The notes under the pieces are model-generated. The model had not been told where the DNA came from, did not search any database, and saw only the letters and a list, made by a program, of their open reading frames with translations. Source: Octopus sinensis (taxonomy: Eukaryota). Taken from it: 64,000 nt of DNA. Where the stretch lies: the NCBI RefSeq assembly GCF_006345805.1, contig NC_043009.1:47988001-48052000 (forward strand), written 5' to 3'. The position numbers and the translations under genes are program-made. Of the stretch, positions 39,431 to 50,684 are shown one piece after another. Position 1 is the first letter of the stretch, and each line of letters begins with the position of its first letter.

Positions 39431-39692
39431 CTGTGAAAAAGAAATATTTGGATATATTCTGGCACACATTAAAATTTTTTTTGCGAGGCGTTACTTCGAA
39501 GTTTTAATAACAGCCTTAATCAAATTGATAACTATTAGGCCGAAACATCAAATTAACTGTCAACCTTTTCTTCGTAAAAATATGTTAGTTTACAGAAAAA
39601 TATTGAGCGATGCTTCAATTTGTTTTTATGTATAACTATATATAAAACAAAATTATGTGGAAACATATACAGTATGTATGTGTGTATGTATT

Positions 39693-39741
<49 letters not shown>

Positions 39742-39761
39742 CATACACACACATATATATA

Positions 39762-41006
39762 TAGGGGTTGGACAAAATAGAAACTCCTTAAAATTTCGAG
39801 CAAATTTATTTTAATATGGGGTAGGACTGCCTTTGGCAGTAATTACAGCTTAAATTCTACGAGGTATGGATTCGTACAAAGTTTGAATTGTTTCTAAAGG
39901 AATTTTTGTCCTTTCTTCAGCGAAAACAGTTTCCAGTTCTTGTAGGGATGATGGCGGAGGATATCAACTCCTTACTTGATTTTCAAAAGTGCACCATAAA
40001 TGTTCAATAATATTGAGATCTGGTGACCGGTGGCCAGATAAGATGTTCAACTTCACTAGAATGTTCCTCGTACCAATCAGTAACAACTTTAGGCTGTGTG
40101 AATTAGGGCATTACCATCCTGAAAGATTGCGTTCCCCTCCAGAAACAGTTCTGCAACCATAGGATGAATTTGATCAGATAAAATGCTTAAATAGTCTTGA
40201 CTATTAATTCTGCCATGAAGGGAAACCATTGGGCTGGTGGATTTCCAAGATCCCCCTCCCCCATCAGATCATCACAGATCCTTCATATTTAACAGCCGGA
40301 AGAAGGCAGTCTGGGTCAAATGCATCTTTTGGCTGTTTCCACATGTATACTCGGCCGGTGGTCGAAAACAGGGTAAAGGATGACTCGTCTGAGAAAATAA
40401 CATGCTTCCACTGCTCTAGGGACCAATTCTGTAAGTTTTTACTCCACTCTAAACACTTTGTAACGTTTGTTTATGAAAGTAGTGGTTTTCTGATTGCAGC
40501 CCTCCCGTGAAATCCGGCTTTGTGCAGCTCCCGGCAAACAATTTTTGTAGAAACTAGGTTCTCTAGGTAGTCATTAAGTTCTGCAGTAATTTTGGGAGCT
40601 GTACTTTTGTGATCCTTTCTAACAATTCGCATAAGAGTTCGACGGTCCCTATCTGAAAGTTTTGGTTTCCTTCCGGAGTTTTGTTTCGACGAGGTTTTTC
40701 CCTCTTTCTCAAAGGCTGACATTACTTTCGAGACATACTTCTTGATATAAACATTACGGCTGTTTTCGTTACGCTAGCGCCTGCAATACGAGCACCAACA
40801 ATTTGACCTCTTTGAAAGTCCGATAGATCTGTCATTTTAATGAACTTTAATTACCTCTTTCTGATGATATCTGAAAAGAAACAGCAATTTTAGCAAAACA
40901 TATTAAGCAACACTAACAGTAAATGAAAATACATCAGCTTTTGACGGTTTTATAGATATTTCAAGATTATGATGCTAGGTGTTTCCATTATTTTGTCCAA
41001 CCTCTG
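39762..41006 (-). mobile_element. Tc1-like transposon, full length but disrupted, in DHDH intron 5
   Basis: TIRs (C/T)AG(A/G)GGTTGGACAAAATA flanked by TA; N-terminal ORF SGRKPKLSDRDRRTL...STKIVCRELHKAGFHGRAAIRKPLLS; downstream catalytic remnants with stops. Confidence 0.9.
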
Positions 41007-41050
<44 letters not shown>

Positions 41051-41749
41051 AGTAAAAAGCACACTTTGCATAGTTTTAATATATTTTAAAATATGTTTTA
41101 AATAAATTTTGCATTGTGTTTGTTGACCGGTTTCGCTTTCGCTAATCATGACATTGAAATTATTGTAATTTCGTATTTTCTTAAGAAAATTTTAGTCCAT
41201 GTTATATGTAGATAAATTTATGAATGAATGATTCAAGAAGTAGAAAAATCTAAAGAGATGTAATAGGTGATAGTTATTATTGAGGGTTAAGGGAGGTAAT
41301 TAGTCATCTTTCGGGATGGGATGGGGGGGGGGGTAAATATGCACAAAAACTTAAAAGCTGAAGTAGTGAGAAAAAATATGTACAGTGATGGGTATGTGAT
41401 CATGAATTAAAATATATACACTGAGATCAAAGTTGGTTATATTTAGACGTGTTGCATTACAAGTCACCACGTGGGGATAATCGAAATTCCTCCCTTTATC
41501 TTAATGTATATATAGATGAAAAGTGGTGTTTCAGTCGGATTGCAGGCCATATTGGGGCACCGCCTTAAAAAACTTTTGTCGAACAAATCGATCCCAGTAC
41601 CTTCTTTCTAAGCTCTTTTTTGCCGAAGCGTTAGGTTTCGGGGACGTAAACACACCTATATCGGTTGTGAGTGAATTTGGTAGACTGAAACTTTGTTCGT
41701 CTAAATGCCTTCAAGGCGGTGCCCCAGCGTGGTCGCAATCCAATAAAGT

Positions 41750-42049
41750 TGTTGTTGTTTGTTCCTTCTCGAGTCACTTCTAGCTCATAAGGGCCGGTTT
41801 CCCGGTTTCTTTGGCGTATAGGTTCCCCACCTGGACGGGACACCGGTCCGTCGCAGGTGAGCTGCAAAATGCAGGAGGAAAGAGCGAGAGAAAGTTGTGG
41901 CGAAAGAGTCAGCAGAAGTTCGCCATTACCTTCTGCCGGAGCCGCGTGGAGCTTAGGTGTTTCGCTCATAAACACACAAATAGCCCAGTCTGAGATTCGA
42001 ACCCGCGATCCCTCGACCGCTGCTCTAACCACTAGGCCATGTGCCTCCA
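41750..42049 (-). mobile_element. tRNA-derived SINE, H2-like head + T2, with 14-bp TSD
   Basis: TSD CAATCCAATAAAGT at 41736-41749 and 42050-42063. Confidence 0.88.
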
Positions 42050-42197
42050 CAATCCAATAAAGTAGTTGAAGACAAAAACCATAAGTTCTTTGCGCCTATT
42101 GTTTTCAGAAGCTTCTGCTTTCTCAAAGTCACTTCCAGATTTTTAAAAAAAAGAAAAAAAAATTACAAACAAAAAGTTTAAAGTCAGAATTCCTTAC

Positions 42198-42322
42198 ATA
42201 AATGCTTCCATTTGTTCCATAGATCCAGGCATCTGCTCTTCCTTTCAGTTTTGAATGACATGACAAAGAAGCTTTGCTACCATTTTGATACAGAAGGATA
42301 ATGTTACAAGCTTCATCAATAC
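42198..42322 (-). CDS. DHDH: DHDH-like coding exon 5 (GIDEACNIILLYQNGSKASLSCHSKLKGRADAWIYGTNGSIY)
   Basis: Manual translation. Acceptor attgacctaag|, donor TAT|gtaagg, 125 nt, phase 1 to 0. Aligns with GVDDTVTVLLQY...VSGTKG. Confidence 0.9.
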
Positions 42323-42938
42323 CTTAGGTCAATAGAATAAAAATTTACGTTAGTGTTTTCTGTAGTATAAAAAGGAGACAGAACAAGATCTAGTTTGTCT
42401 TAATACCAGCAGAAATAGCATTTCTTTCTCTCTCACACATACACACACAGTCTTGTGAGTGGATTTGATAGATGGAAACTGGAAGAAGCTGGTCATATGT
42501 TTGTGTGCGTGTGTCCCCACCACTGCTTGACAGTTGGTGTTAGTGTGTTTATTTTCCTCGTAACTTAGCAGTTCGGCCACAAAGAGACCGATAAGTACCA
42601 GGCTTATAAAACAAAATAGGTACTGCGGTCGATTTATTCTACTGACAATTCTTCAAGGCGCTGCCCCAGTATAGCCGCAGTCTAATGACCGAAACACGTT
42701 TTTCTCTATCCCTCGATCTATCTATCTACATCCTGTTTATTGGTATTTCATGATTTATTAGTGGTTCGGCTGTACATAACACATCCCTTTTCTTTATCTC
42801 TCTCCGTGCATGTATGTATAATACTCGAATTGCTCATGTTAAGCATCTTGGTTAAGACTGTAATGCAGCTGAAGTGACACAATGCGAACCCGTCATCGTT
42901 CCGTCAGTAATCAAAAATATTGGACATTTGTCCTAATT

Positions 42939-43325
42939 GGATGGGAAGCACTGCGTCGGTTACGACGACGAGGGTTCCGGTTGATCCGATCAACGGAACA
43001 GCCTGCTCGTGAAATTAACGTGCAAGTGGCTGAGAACTCCACAGACACGTGTACCCTTAACGTAGTTCTCGGGGATATTCAGCGAGACACAGAGAGTGAC
43101 AAGACTGGCCCTTTGAAATACAGGTACAACAGAAACAGGAAGTAAGAGTGAGAGAAAGTTGTGGTGAAAGAGTACAGCAGGAATCACCACCATCCCTGCC
43201 GGAGATCGTGGAGCTTTAGGTGTTTTCGCTCAATAAACACTCACAACGCCCGGTCTGGGAATCGAAACCGCGATTCTACGACCGCGAGTCCGCTGCCCTA
43301 ACCACTGGGCCATTGCGCCTCCACT
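42939..43325 (-). mobile_element. tRNA-derived SINE, head H2 + tail T1, with 13-bp TSD
   Basis: TSD ATTTGTCCTAATT at 42926-42938 and 43326-43338. Confidence 0.88.
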
Positions 43326-43679
43326 ATTTGTCCTAATTAGCCAATTGTTAAACCAGTTCTTCTCAAAACTATCTGATGTAGCGTACCGGCAGTTTTTTTT
43401 CTCTCTCTAATGTGCCAGGTACTAGTAATATTTCTTAGCAATATTTCTTTCTACTCTAGGAACAAGATCCGAAATTTTAGGGGAGGGGGCCAGTCGATTT
43501 GATCGATTCCCAGGACGCAACTGGTACTTAATTTATCGACCCAGAAAGGATGAAAGGCAAAGTCGACTTTGCGGGATTTGAACTCAATTTCTTAGTAATA
43601 TTTTATACCAGAAACAATATATATATAAAGAACATAAAAGTTGACAATTTTTTTTATCTTATATTTATTTTGTAAACAA

Positions 43680-44045
43680 AATAGGCGTAGGAGTGGCTGT
43701 GTGGTAAGTAGCTTGCTTACCAACCACACAATTCCGGGTTCAGTCCCTCTGCGTGGCACCTTGAGCAAGTGTCTTCTACTATAGCCTCTGGCCGACAAAA
43801 GCCTTGTGAGTAGATTTGGTAGACGGAAACTGAAAGAAGCCTATCGTATATATGTATATGTAAGTGTGTATGTTTGTGTGTCTGTGTTTATCCTCCCAAC
43901 ATCTCTTGACAACCGATACTGGTGTGTTTACGTCCCTGTAACTTAGCGGTTCGGCAAAAGAGACCGATAGAATAAGTACTAGGCTCGACTAAAGGCGGTA
44001 CTCCAGCATGGCCACAATCAAATGACTGAAACAAGTAAAAAAGTA
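43680..44045 (+). mobile_element. OR2-like SINE in DHDH intron 4
   Basis: Same architecture; antisense to the gene. Confidence 0.85.
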
Positions 44046-44214
44046 AATAATATAATATTATATAAATATTTTATAAGCATTTTCTGTCTCTTTTCTGGAA
44101 ATTTGCCACGTTCCCGCAGCTGATGGCTCGCGGACCAGCACCGGCCCGCGGATCACCACTTTGAATAGCATTGGTTTAAGCGACAAGCTATTGTTTAACA
44201 ATGTATTTACTTGC

Positions 44215-44527
44215 TGTGAAGGCGCGTGGCTTAGTGGTTAGGGGCATTCGGCTCATGATCGTAAGGTCGCGAGTTCAATTCCCAGCGACGCGTTGTGTCC
44301 TTGAGCAAGACACTTTATTTCATGTTACTCCAGTCCACTCAGCTAGCAAAAATGAGTAGCATCTGTATTTCAAAGGACCAGCCTTGTCACACTATGTCAC
44401 GCCGAATCTCCAAGAAGGGTACACATGTCTGTGGAGTGCTCTGCCACTTGCACGTTAATTTCACGAGCAAGCTGTTCCGTTGATCATATCAGCTAAGACC
44501 CTAGTCGTCGTAACCGACTGAGTGCTA
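44215..44527 (+). mobile_element. tRNA-derived SINE, H1 + T1
   Basis: Same family as 2527-3120. Confidence 0.85.
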
Positions 44528-45304
44528 TTTACTTAATAAATTGCGCAGCCGAATCTACCGTAAATGACAACACGTTCTTCATAAGTGGGCCCCATTGGAT
44601 GATGTTGTTTTTTTATGATTGGAATGCTTTTCATCAGAAGATGACTGTCAAAAGAGGATCGTTTCAATATCTTTGTTTGTCACAATGTCGTTGATAGATA
44701 TAATAAATTGAAAGAACAAAAGTTGTAGGAAGGAAGTGAAAGTGGAACTAAGAATATGAGAGACTTGGGGCAGAGAACCTGGTCGAGGTTATGTCATTTG
44801 ATGTCACGTTGAAGAGCTAATAGTTTCTTGCTATGAAGACATATGGACAGACAGGTTTTTAAAACGCGCCGTGTCTTCAAGCAATCTCCAGGCTATGAAC
44901 ACATGGTCCGTTCTATTTGAAAACCAATGCTCTGGTACATTAGAAACCACGAGAAAAACTAAAGTAAGTGCAAGGGTGAATAAAAACGGGGGTGGGGGAT
45001 AAGAAAATTAGAGTTACGTCTTCTTTGACTGTAGAAATCATAATTGAACTAGTTGTAGAATAGTTCTACTGATAGGGCTCCAAAGTTTGCGCGACAATCT
45101 ACTTGGATCTAACATCAACAATGGGTTACATTACTCAATTTACTTCTGATGATCTGGCTTTACTGCGTAAATTACTAGTTCTAGCTGGTGAAACACGTGT
45201 ACACATTATGTAATGTGTGAGATTATATAAATTCTGTAATCTCATCTCGAATTTTATTTCGCTCTGTGTGCGTGGGGGGTGGGGGTGAGAGAACATATAT
45301 TTAC

Positions 45305-45554
45305 CGTTACTTGTAAAATTTCCAATAGTGAGGACGTGTTCAGGATTCTCTCGGAATACAAATTGTACCAACCACAAAAGATACACGCCTATATTGGAAA
45401 TACAGCCTCCGCTAATTCCTGTAGTGGATCTCTTTTCCTTATGCAGAACATCGAAAAATAGAGCAGCATCGAAATATTTTACATCCCCTATGGTACCTTG
45501 ATCAATTTCCTCTTTAATGTGTCTAAAAATCGGCAGGAAACACATCCAGATGCC
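45305..45554 (-). CDS. DHDH: DHDH-like coding exon 4 (GIWMCFLPIFRHIKEEIDQGTIGDVK...GGCISNIGVY...GNFTSN)
   Basis: Acceptor ctcttcatcag|, donor G|gtaaat, 250 nt, phase 0 to 1. Aligns with AIWTRFFP...GTLGDL...GGALLDIGIY. Confidence 0.93.
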
Positions 45555-47342
45555 CTGATGAAGAGAGAACAAATCCAGTTAACGTGCTCATGGAATCAAC
45601 TGTAAATAAGTACCTCCCCACTAGAAACATGCATGCAAACACATACACACACACACACGCGCGCGCGTGCAAACACATTAACTCAAGCAGAAGTATTCCC
45701 GCACATCTATGTGAAAGAAATTTTGTTTTTCTATTTGGCGTGTAACCAGAAAAAAATAACATTTCTAAATCTCTGAAGAGATATTCAGTAACAGTTCTTT
45801 AAAGTAAAGACTGTTCGCCAACATAATGTGGCAGTTCTGGATGGGATGAATGTTACTGTTGTTTAGGCCCACGGATATTGTGTCGTATAACCAGCTGGAA
45901 ATGTTTCCAGTTGCTAAACAACAGTAATAATCGTCCCGTCCAGGACAGCCACATTATGTTGGCAAATAGTCTTTAATTTCCAGAAAGAAGCTTAACAGGA
46001 AGTGTCAATTATGCCTCTCCCTATACCAGTAATTAAAAAGTCAATCGCAAATGGGTTCATTCATTTGAAGACAGCTCAGTCAAACGTCAATACTCCCACT
46101 GATAACGCTTTAGCAGTAAACTGCTCAGTTTTAAGATGCCTTATCTATCGATAACTTTCTATGTAGTTTGTATAATCCTATGAACCCGGAAAAATTTTAA
46201 ACAGAGTTACTTACTTGCAAATAAATGTGTTAACATGTGATATTATTGACCTAGGTTACCGTAGTCTTTTCCGTAGGCTTTTCTCTCCACGGATAAACCA
46301 TATCTGTTTCCCCCCTTTACACTTTACATCACGATATTTCTGTGATACACGATCCCTATTGATGGTTTTTTTTACGATCCCTTTTGATCGAAAACCTACC
46401 CCACTTTTTTTTCTCCCTCAAAAGAAAAGCTCTTTGTAATTTGTCCCCTCTGTGTTCAGCCCTGTGTGGCTAATAAAGAAACATACGTAGTTTGTATGTA
46501 CTTTTCTTTGAGATTTATTTAAAGTTTTCTTAGCCTTTTCAGAATTCCAGACGATCAGAGAGTAGCAAGGCTCTTTTGATTAAGTCAACATCTCTTGAGA
46601 TTTGTTGCTATCTGAATTGGTTGATGTATGTATATGTGATGTGTGCTATGTGTGTCGATAAAACTTTTACTCATGGATGTGTGTCACGACAGAACATGAA
46701 CATGGTCGTATGTTTCATTACATTTTTTATGTGTAAGTGCATTCCATGGGTGTATGCGAATGTGTGCATATGTTCACTCACTCAGGAACTTCAAATGGAG
46801 AATCACTGAAATGTTTTTACAAGGTTTCGCTGTACCTAATCGACTGTATTTGAAGAATGGGAACCATTCTGCTCTGTTCTTTTCGTGGAAAACCAAAAGT
46901 GTTATCGATATTTTTTTTTCTTTGTATCTATAGACAATCTAATCTTACATACTCCTTAAAAGAAAAAAAAGGAGGGAAAAGGTTACGCATATAACGCCTT
47001 CGATCATGTATCTATTCACGATTGAGTTGGGGTTAAATAATTCCAGCATGGGGGGGTCTTTACATGCTATCTCAATTTTCAAGAAATAGCAACCAAATCT
47101 TTTTCACATAACGCCTTTTGACACACACACCACACACACACACACACACGAGGTAAACAAAACAAAAAAAAAAGAAAAACTACGTAGAGGAGATAAGACA
47201 TACAGAATGTATGAGGTTGACACTCTTCAGAAAAAAATAGACAAGGAGAGAAAAAAGCGGAGAAAAGATCAAACGTGTCTCAGACGATTATGGCAATGCT
47301 TTTATTTCTCTCTCTCTCACACACACGCACGCGCGCGCGCGC

Positions 47343-47567
47343 GCACGGAAATGCTAAGTTCCTGGCTTTAAGGGTATCGCGAAAGAACTCGGAGAGGTTG
47401 GGCTTCCTCAACCTTCCGAGTTCTTTTACAGGGCTCAGAAAAACTGAAGGACAGCTGCAATAAGTGCGTCAATCTGAGAGGGGAATATGTTGAATAAAAT
47501 TATAATTAACTGATCCTCCTGTATTTTCTTTTACTTAAAGCCAAGAACTTTTCAACAACCCCTCGTG
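47343..47567. mobile_element. Short mariner-derived MITE with internal hairpin
   Basis: Ends resemble CGAGGGGTTGTTGAAAAGTTC(C/T)TGGCTTTAAG; internal stem AAAGAACTCGGA...TCCGAGTTCTTT. Confidence 0.65.
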
Positions 47568-48001
47568 TGTACACATACACACACGCGCGCACACACACAC
47601 ATGCGCGCGCGCACACACACGCACGCGCGCGCACACACACACACACACGCGCGCACACACACACACGCGTGCACACACACACACACACACGCGTACACAC
47701 ACACACACACACACGCGTACACACACACACACACGCGTACACGCGTGCACACACACACACACACACGCGTACACACACCGCGTACACACACACACGCGTA
47801 CACACACACGCGCGCACACACAACACACACACGCGTACACACACACGCGTACACACACACACACACACGCGTACACACACACACGCGTGTACACACACGC
47901 GTGTACACACACACACACGCGTACACACACACACACGCGTACACACACACACACACGCGTACACACACACACACACACACGCGTACACACACACACACGC
48001 G

Positions 48002-48036
<35 letters not shown>

Positions 48037-48252
48037 GCGTACAACACACACACACACACGCGTACACACACACACACACGCGTACACACACACACACGCG
48101 CGTACACACACACACACGCGCGTACACACACACACGCGTACACACACACACACACGCGTACACACACACACACACGCGTACACACACACACACGCGCGTA
48201 CACACACACACGCGTACACACACACACACGCGTACACACACACACACACACG

Positions 48253-48285
<33 letters not shown>
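47568..48285. repeat. Alternating purine-pyrimidine array (CA)n punctuated by CGCGTA
   Basis: Direct reading; ends about 70 nt from the exon 3 donor. Confidence 0.95.
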
Positions 48286-48286
<1 letters not shown>

Positions 48287-48354
48287 TTTCTCGATCAGAG
48301 ATGGCCAGGAGTTAAACAGCAAAATAGGCAAGTTTCATAAAAAAAGTACCATAC

Positions 48355-48518
48355 CTCCATGAAGAACACTTTATTTCGTCTTGCAAACTCTATCAGCGAA
48401 AAGCATTCCTCTGCTCTCAAAGCGCAAGGAGCTTCGCATAGAACGTGTTTGTTATATTGTATCATAAGATAACAATCTTCGTAACGGTCACCGACTGGAG
48501 ATGATACATACACGACAT
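48355..48518 (-). CDS. DHDH: DHDH-like coding exon 3 (DVVYVSSPVGDRYEDCYLMIQYNKHVLCEAPCALRAEECFSLIEFARRNKVFFME)
   Basis: Acceptor ctattccag|, donor GAG|gtatgg, 164 nt, phase 1 to 0. Carries KHVLCExP and FFME motifs of the Gfo/Idh/MocA family. Confidence 0.93.
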
Positions 48519-48608
48519 CTGGAATAGACAATAACAAAAATGAAAAAGAACAACGTACACCTGTGAATGAATTGTAACGTGGAATATCAATGTCAATGTA
48601 TATCAATG

Positions 48609-49199
48609 TGTGGTGTTAGCAGTGCTATGGGCTGTGATGAGCTATGTGGTGTTAGTGGAGAGGATGACAGATGAGGTGGACGGAAGTAAGGCTTGCAGGG
48701 GTCGGCGGAAAAGTGAAAGGGGCATGCGTGGGCAGGAAGCACGTGTGGTCAGGCAGAACATGTGGTGAGTACCAGCAAAGACGGCGCAGAGACAAGACGT
48801 GTTTAATTCGTGAGAGTGACCGTTGATTTCGCCGAGGTCAACAGGTAAGGCCTTTTGTATTTCTTTCGCCTATTTGCTTCTTTTTTTCTGTTGTCCTCTT
48901 CCTCCATCACACTACAAGCTATTTCGTCCCATAACAGAGAAAAAAAAGAAGGAAACGGGAGAAAGAAATACCTCGGCGAATTCAGCGGTCACTCTCACGA
49001 ATTAAACACGTCTTGTCTCTGCGCCGTCTTTGCTGGAACTCACCACACGTGCTGCCTGACCACACGTGCTTCCTTCCCACGCATACCCCTTTCACGCTTC
49101 CGCCAGCCCCCGCAAGCCTTACTTCCGTCCACCTCATCTGTCATCCTCTCCACCAACTCAACATAGCTCATCACAGCCCATAACACTGCTAACACCACA
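48609..49199. mobile_element. Non-autonomous long-TIR (foldback) element, Ginger-like termini, in DHDH intron 2
   Basis: 230-bp inverted arms (48609-48838 and 48970-49199, about 93% identical by eye), TGT...ACA ends, 5-bp direct repeat CAATG on both sides. Confidence 0.8.
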
Positions 49200-49454
49200 C
49201 AATGTTTGAACAGTATTTCTGAGACATCATGCGATTTAGTTACCAAAAAGTCACTTCGCTATGAACTACAGTTCCGTTGCATGTCAACTTGGGCATGTGT
49301 ATTCTTCTAAAGCCCCATGACAGCTAATGCCTTATGAGTGAATCTGATAGACGGAGATTGTGTGGAAACCTGTCGGGTTTGTGTAATACATACATACATA
49401 CATACATACATACATACATACTCAACGGGTTGTGTGTGCGTGTGTATACATATA

Positions 49455-49687
49455 CCTATTTCTTTACTGTCCACAAGGGGCTACACACAGGCAACAAACA
49501 AGGACAGAAAAACGGACTAAGTCGATATATATCGACCCCAGTGCGTAACTGGTACTTATTTAATCAACCCCGAAAGGATGAAAGGCAAATTTGACCTCGG
49601 CGGAATTTGAATTCACAACGCAGAGGCAGACGAAATACTGCTAAGCATTTCGCCCGGCGTGCTAACGTTTCCGCCAGCTCGCCGCCT
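49455..49687 (-). mobile_element. OR1-like SINE monomer
   Basis: Same consensus. Confidence 0.82.
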
Positions 49688-50019
49688 TATATATACATAT
49701 GCCACCATCACTTGACAACTGTGTTGGTTTGTTTACGTTCCCGTTATCTAGCGGTTCGACAAAAATCAATATAAAACCAGACTTAAGTACTTGAAAGCAG
49801 TACCCTAGCATGGCTGCAGTCCAATGACAAAGTAGAAGGTAAGTATAGACTGATCCTTTCCGTATTTGCGCACCAAACCGTTGCCCTCTCCTAGTTACTT
49901 GCGTCGACCTTTTCTGTCGTAACCTTAATGTGACCTTGATGTTGTGTGACGTTCTGGAGCATTAAAAAATATATCTAGCTCCACCATGGAATTTTGGAAA
50001 TATAAAATAATTCCATGAC

Positions 50020-50370
50020 TGTGTGGAGGTGCAGGGTGGGTGAGTGGTAAGAAGTTTGCTTCCCAACCACATGGTTCCGGGTTCAGTCCCACTGCGTGGC
50101 ATCTTCGGCAAATACCTTCTGCTATGGCCTCTTGCTGACCAAAGCCTTGTGAATGGATTGGTTGACGGAAACTGAAAAGCCCGTCGTGTGTGTGTGTGTG
50201 TGTGTGTGAGACCACCGCTTGACAACCGGTGTTGGTGTGTTTACGTTCCTGTAACTTTACTGCTTGGCAAAAAGAAACAGTAAGTACTGGGCTTAAAAAA
50301 TAACTACTGGGATTGATACATTCGACTAAAGATTCACGGTGGTGCCCCAGCATGGTCGCAGTCTTATGAT
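50020..50370 (+). mobile_element. Diverged OR2-like SINE abutting the DHDH exon 2 donor
   Basis: Head, CORE-like segment and tail recognisable. Confidence 0.75.
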
Positions 50371-50388
50371 AACAAAGAAACGTTTTAC

Positions 50389-50500
50389 CTATATTCTTAT
50401 TTCTGACAAATTCTTCACAGCATCCGTAAGTATTTGGTATTTTAAACTTCTTCCCGAACTCACTGGCAGCTTTACTGTCATCACAACCAACAGCAACGAT
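50389..50500 (-). CDS. DHDH: DHDH-like coding exon 2 (IVAVGCDDSKAASEFGKKFKIPNTYGCCEEFVRNKNI)
   Basis: Found by manual translation, absent from the ORF track. Acceptor ttttccaaccag|, donor G|gtaaaa, 112 nt, phase 0 to 1. Aligns with [31 protein letters not shown] of vertebrate DHDH. Confidence 0.9.
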
Positions 50501-50684
50501 CTGGTTGGAAAAGAAATTTAAAATAAATGCATTTTATAGAAAACGTCTCAGGTAGCACAAATCCACAAATTTTAAGGGAAGTCTGTCCAGTACTTAATGA
50601 TACTGCGAAATTCAAACCCGAATGTTTATGGTGTAAAGCCGAAAATGCCGACGTGTAGAACGTGATAATTTTGACTAAAGATAT

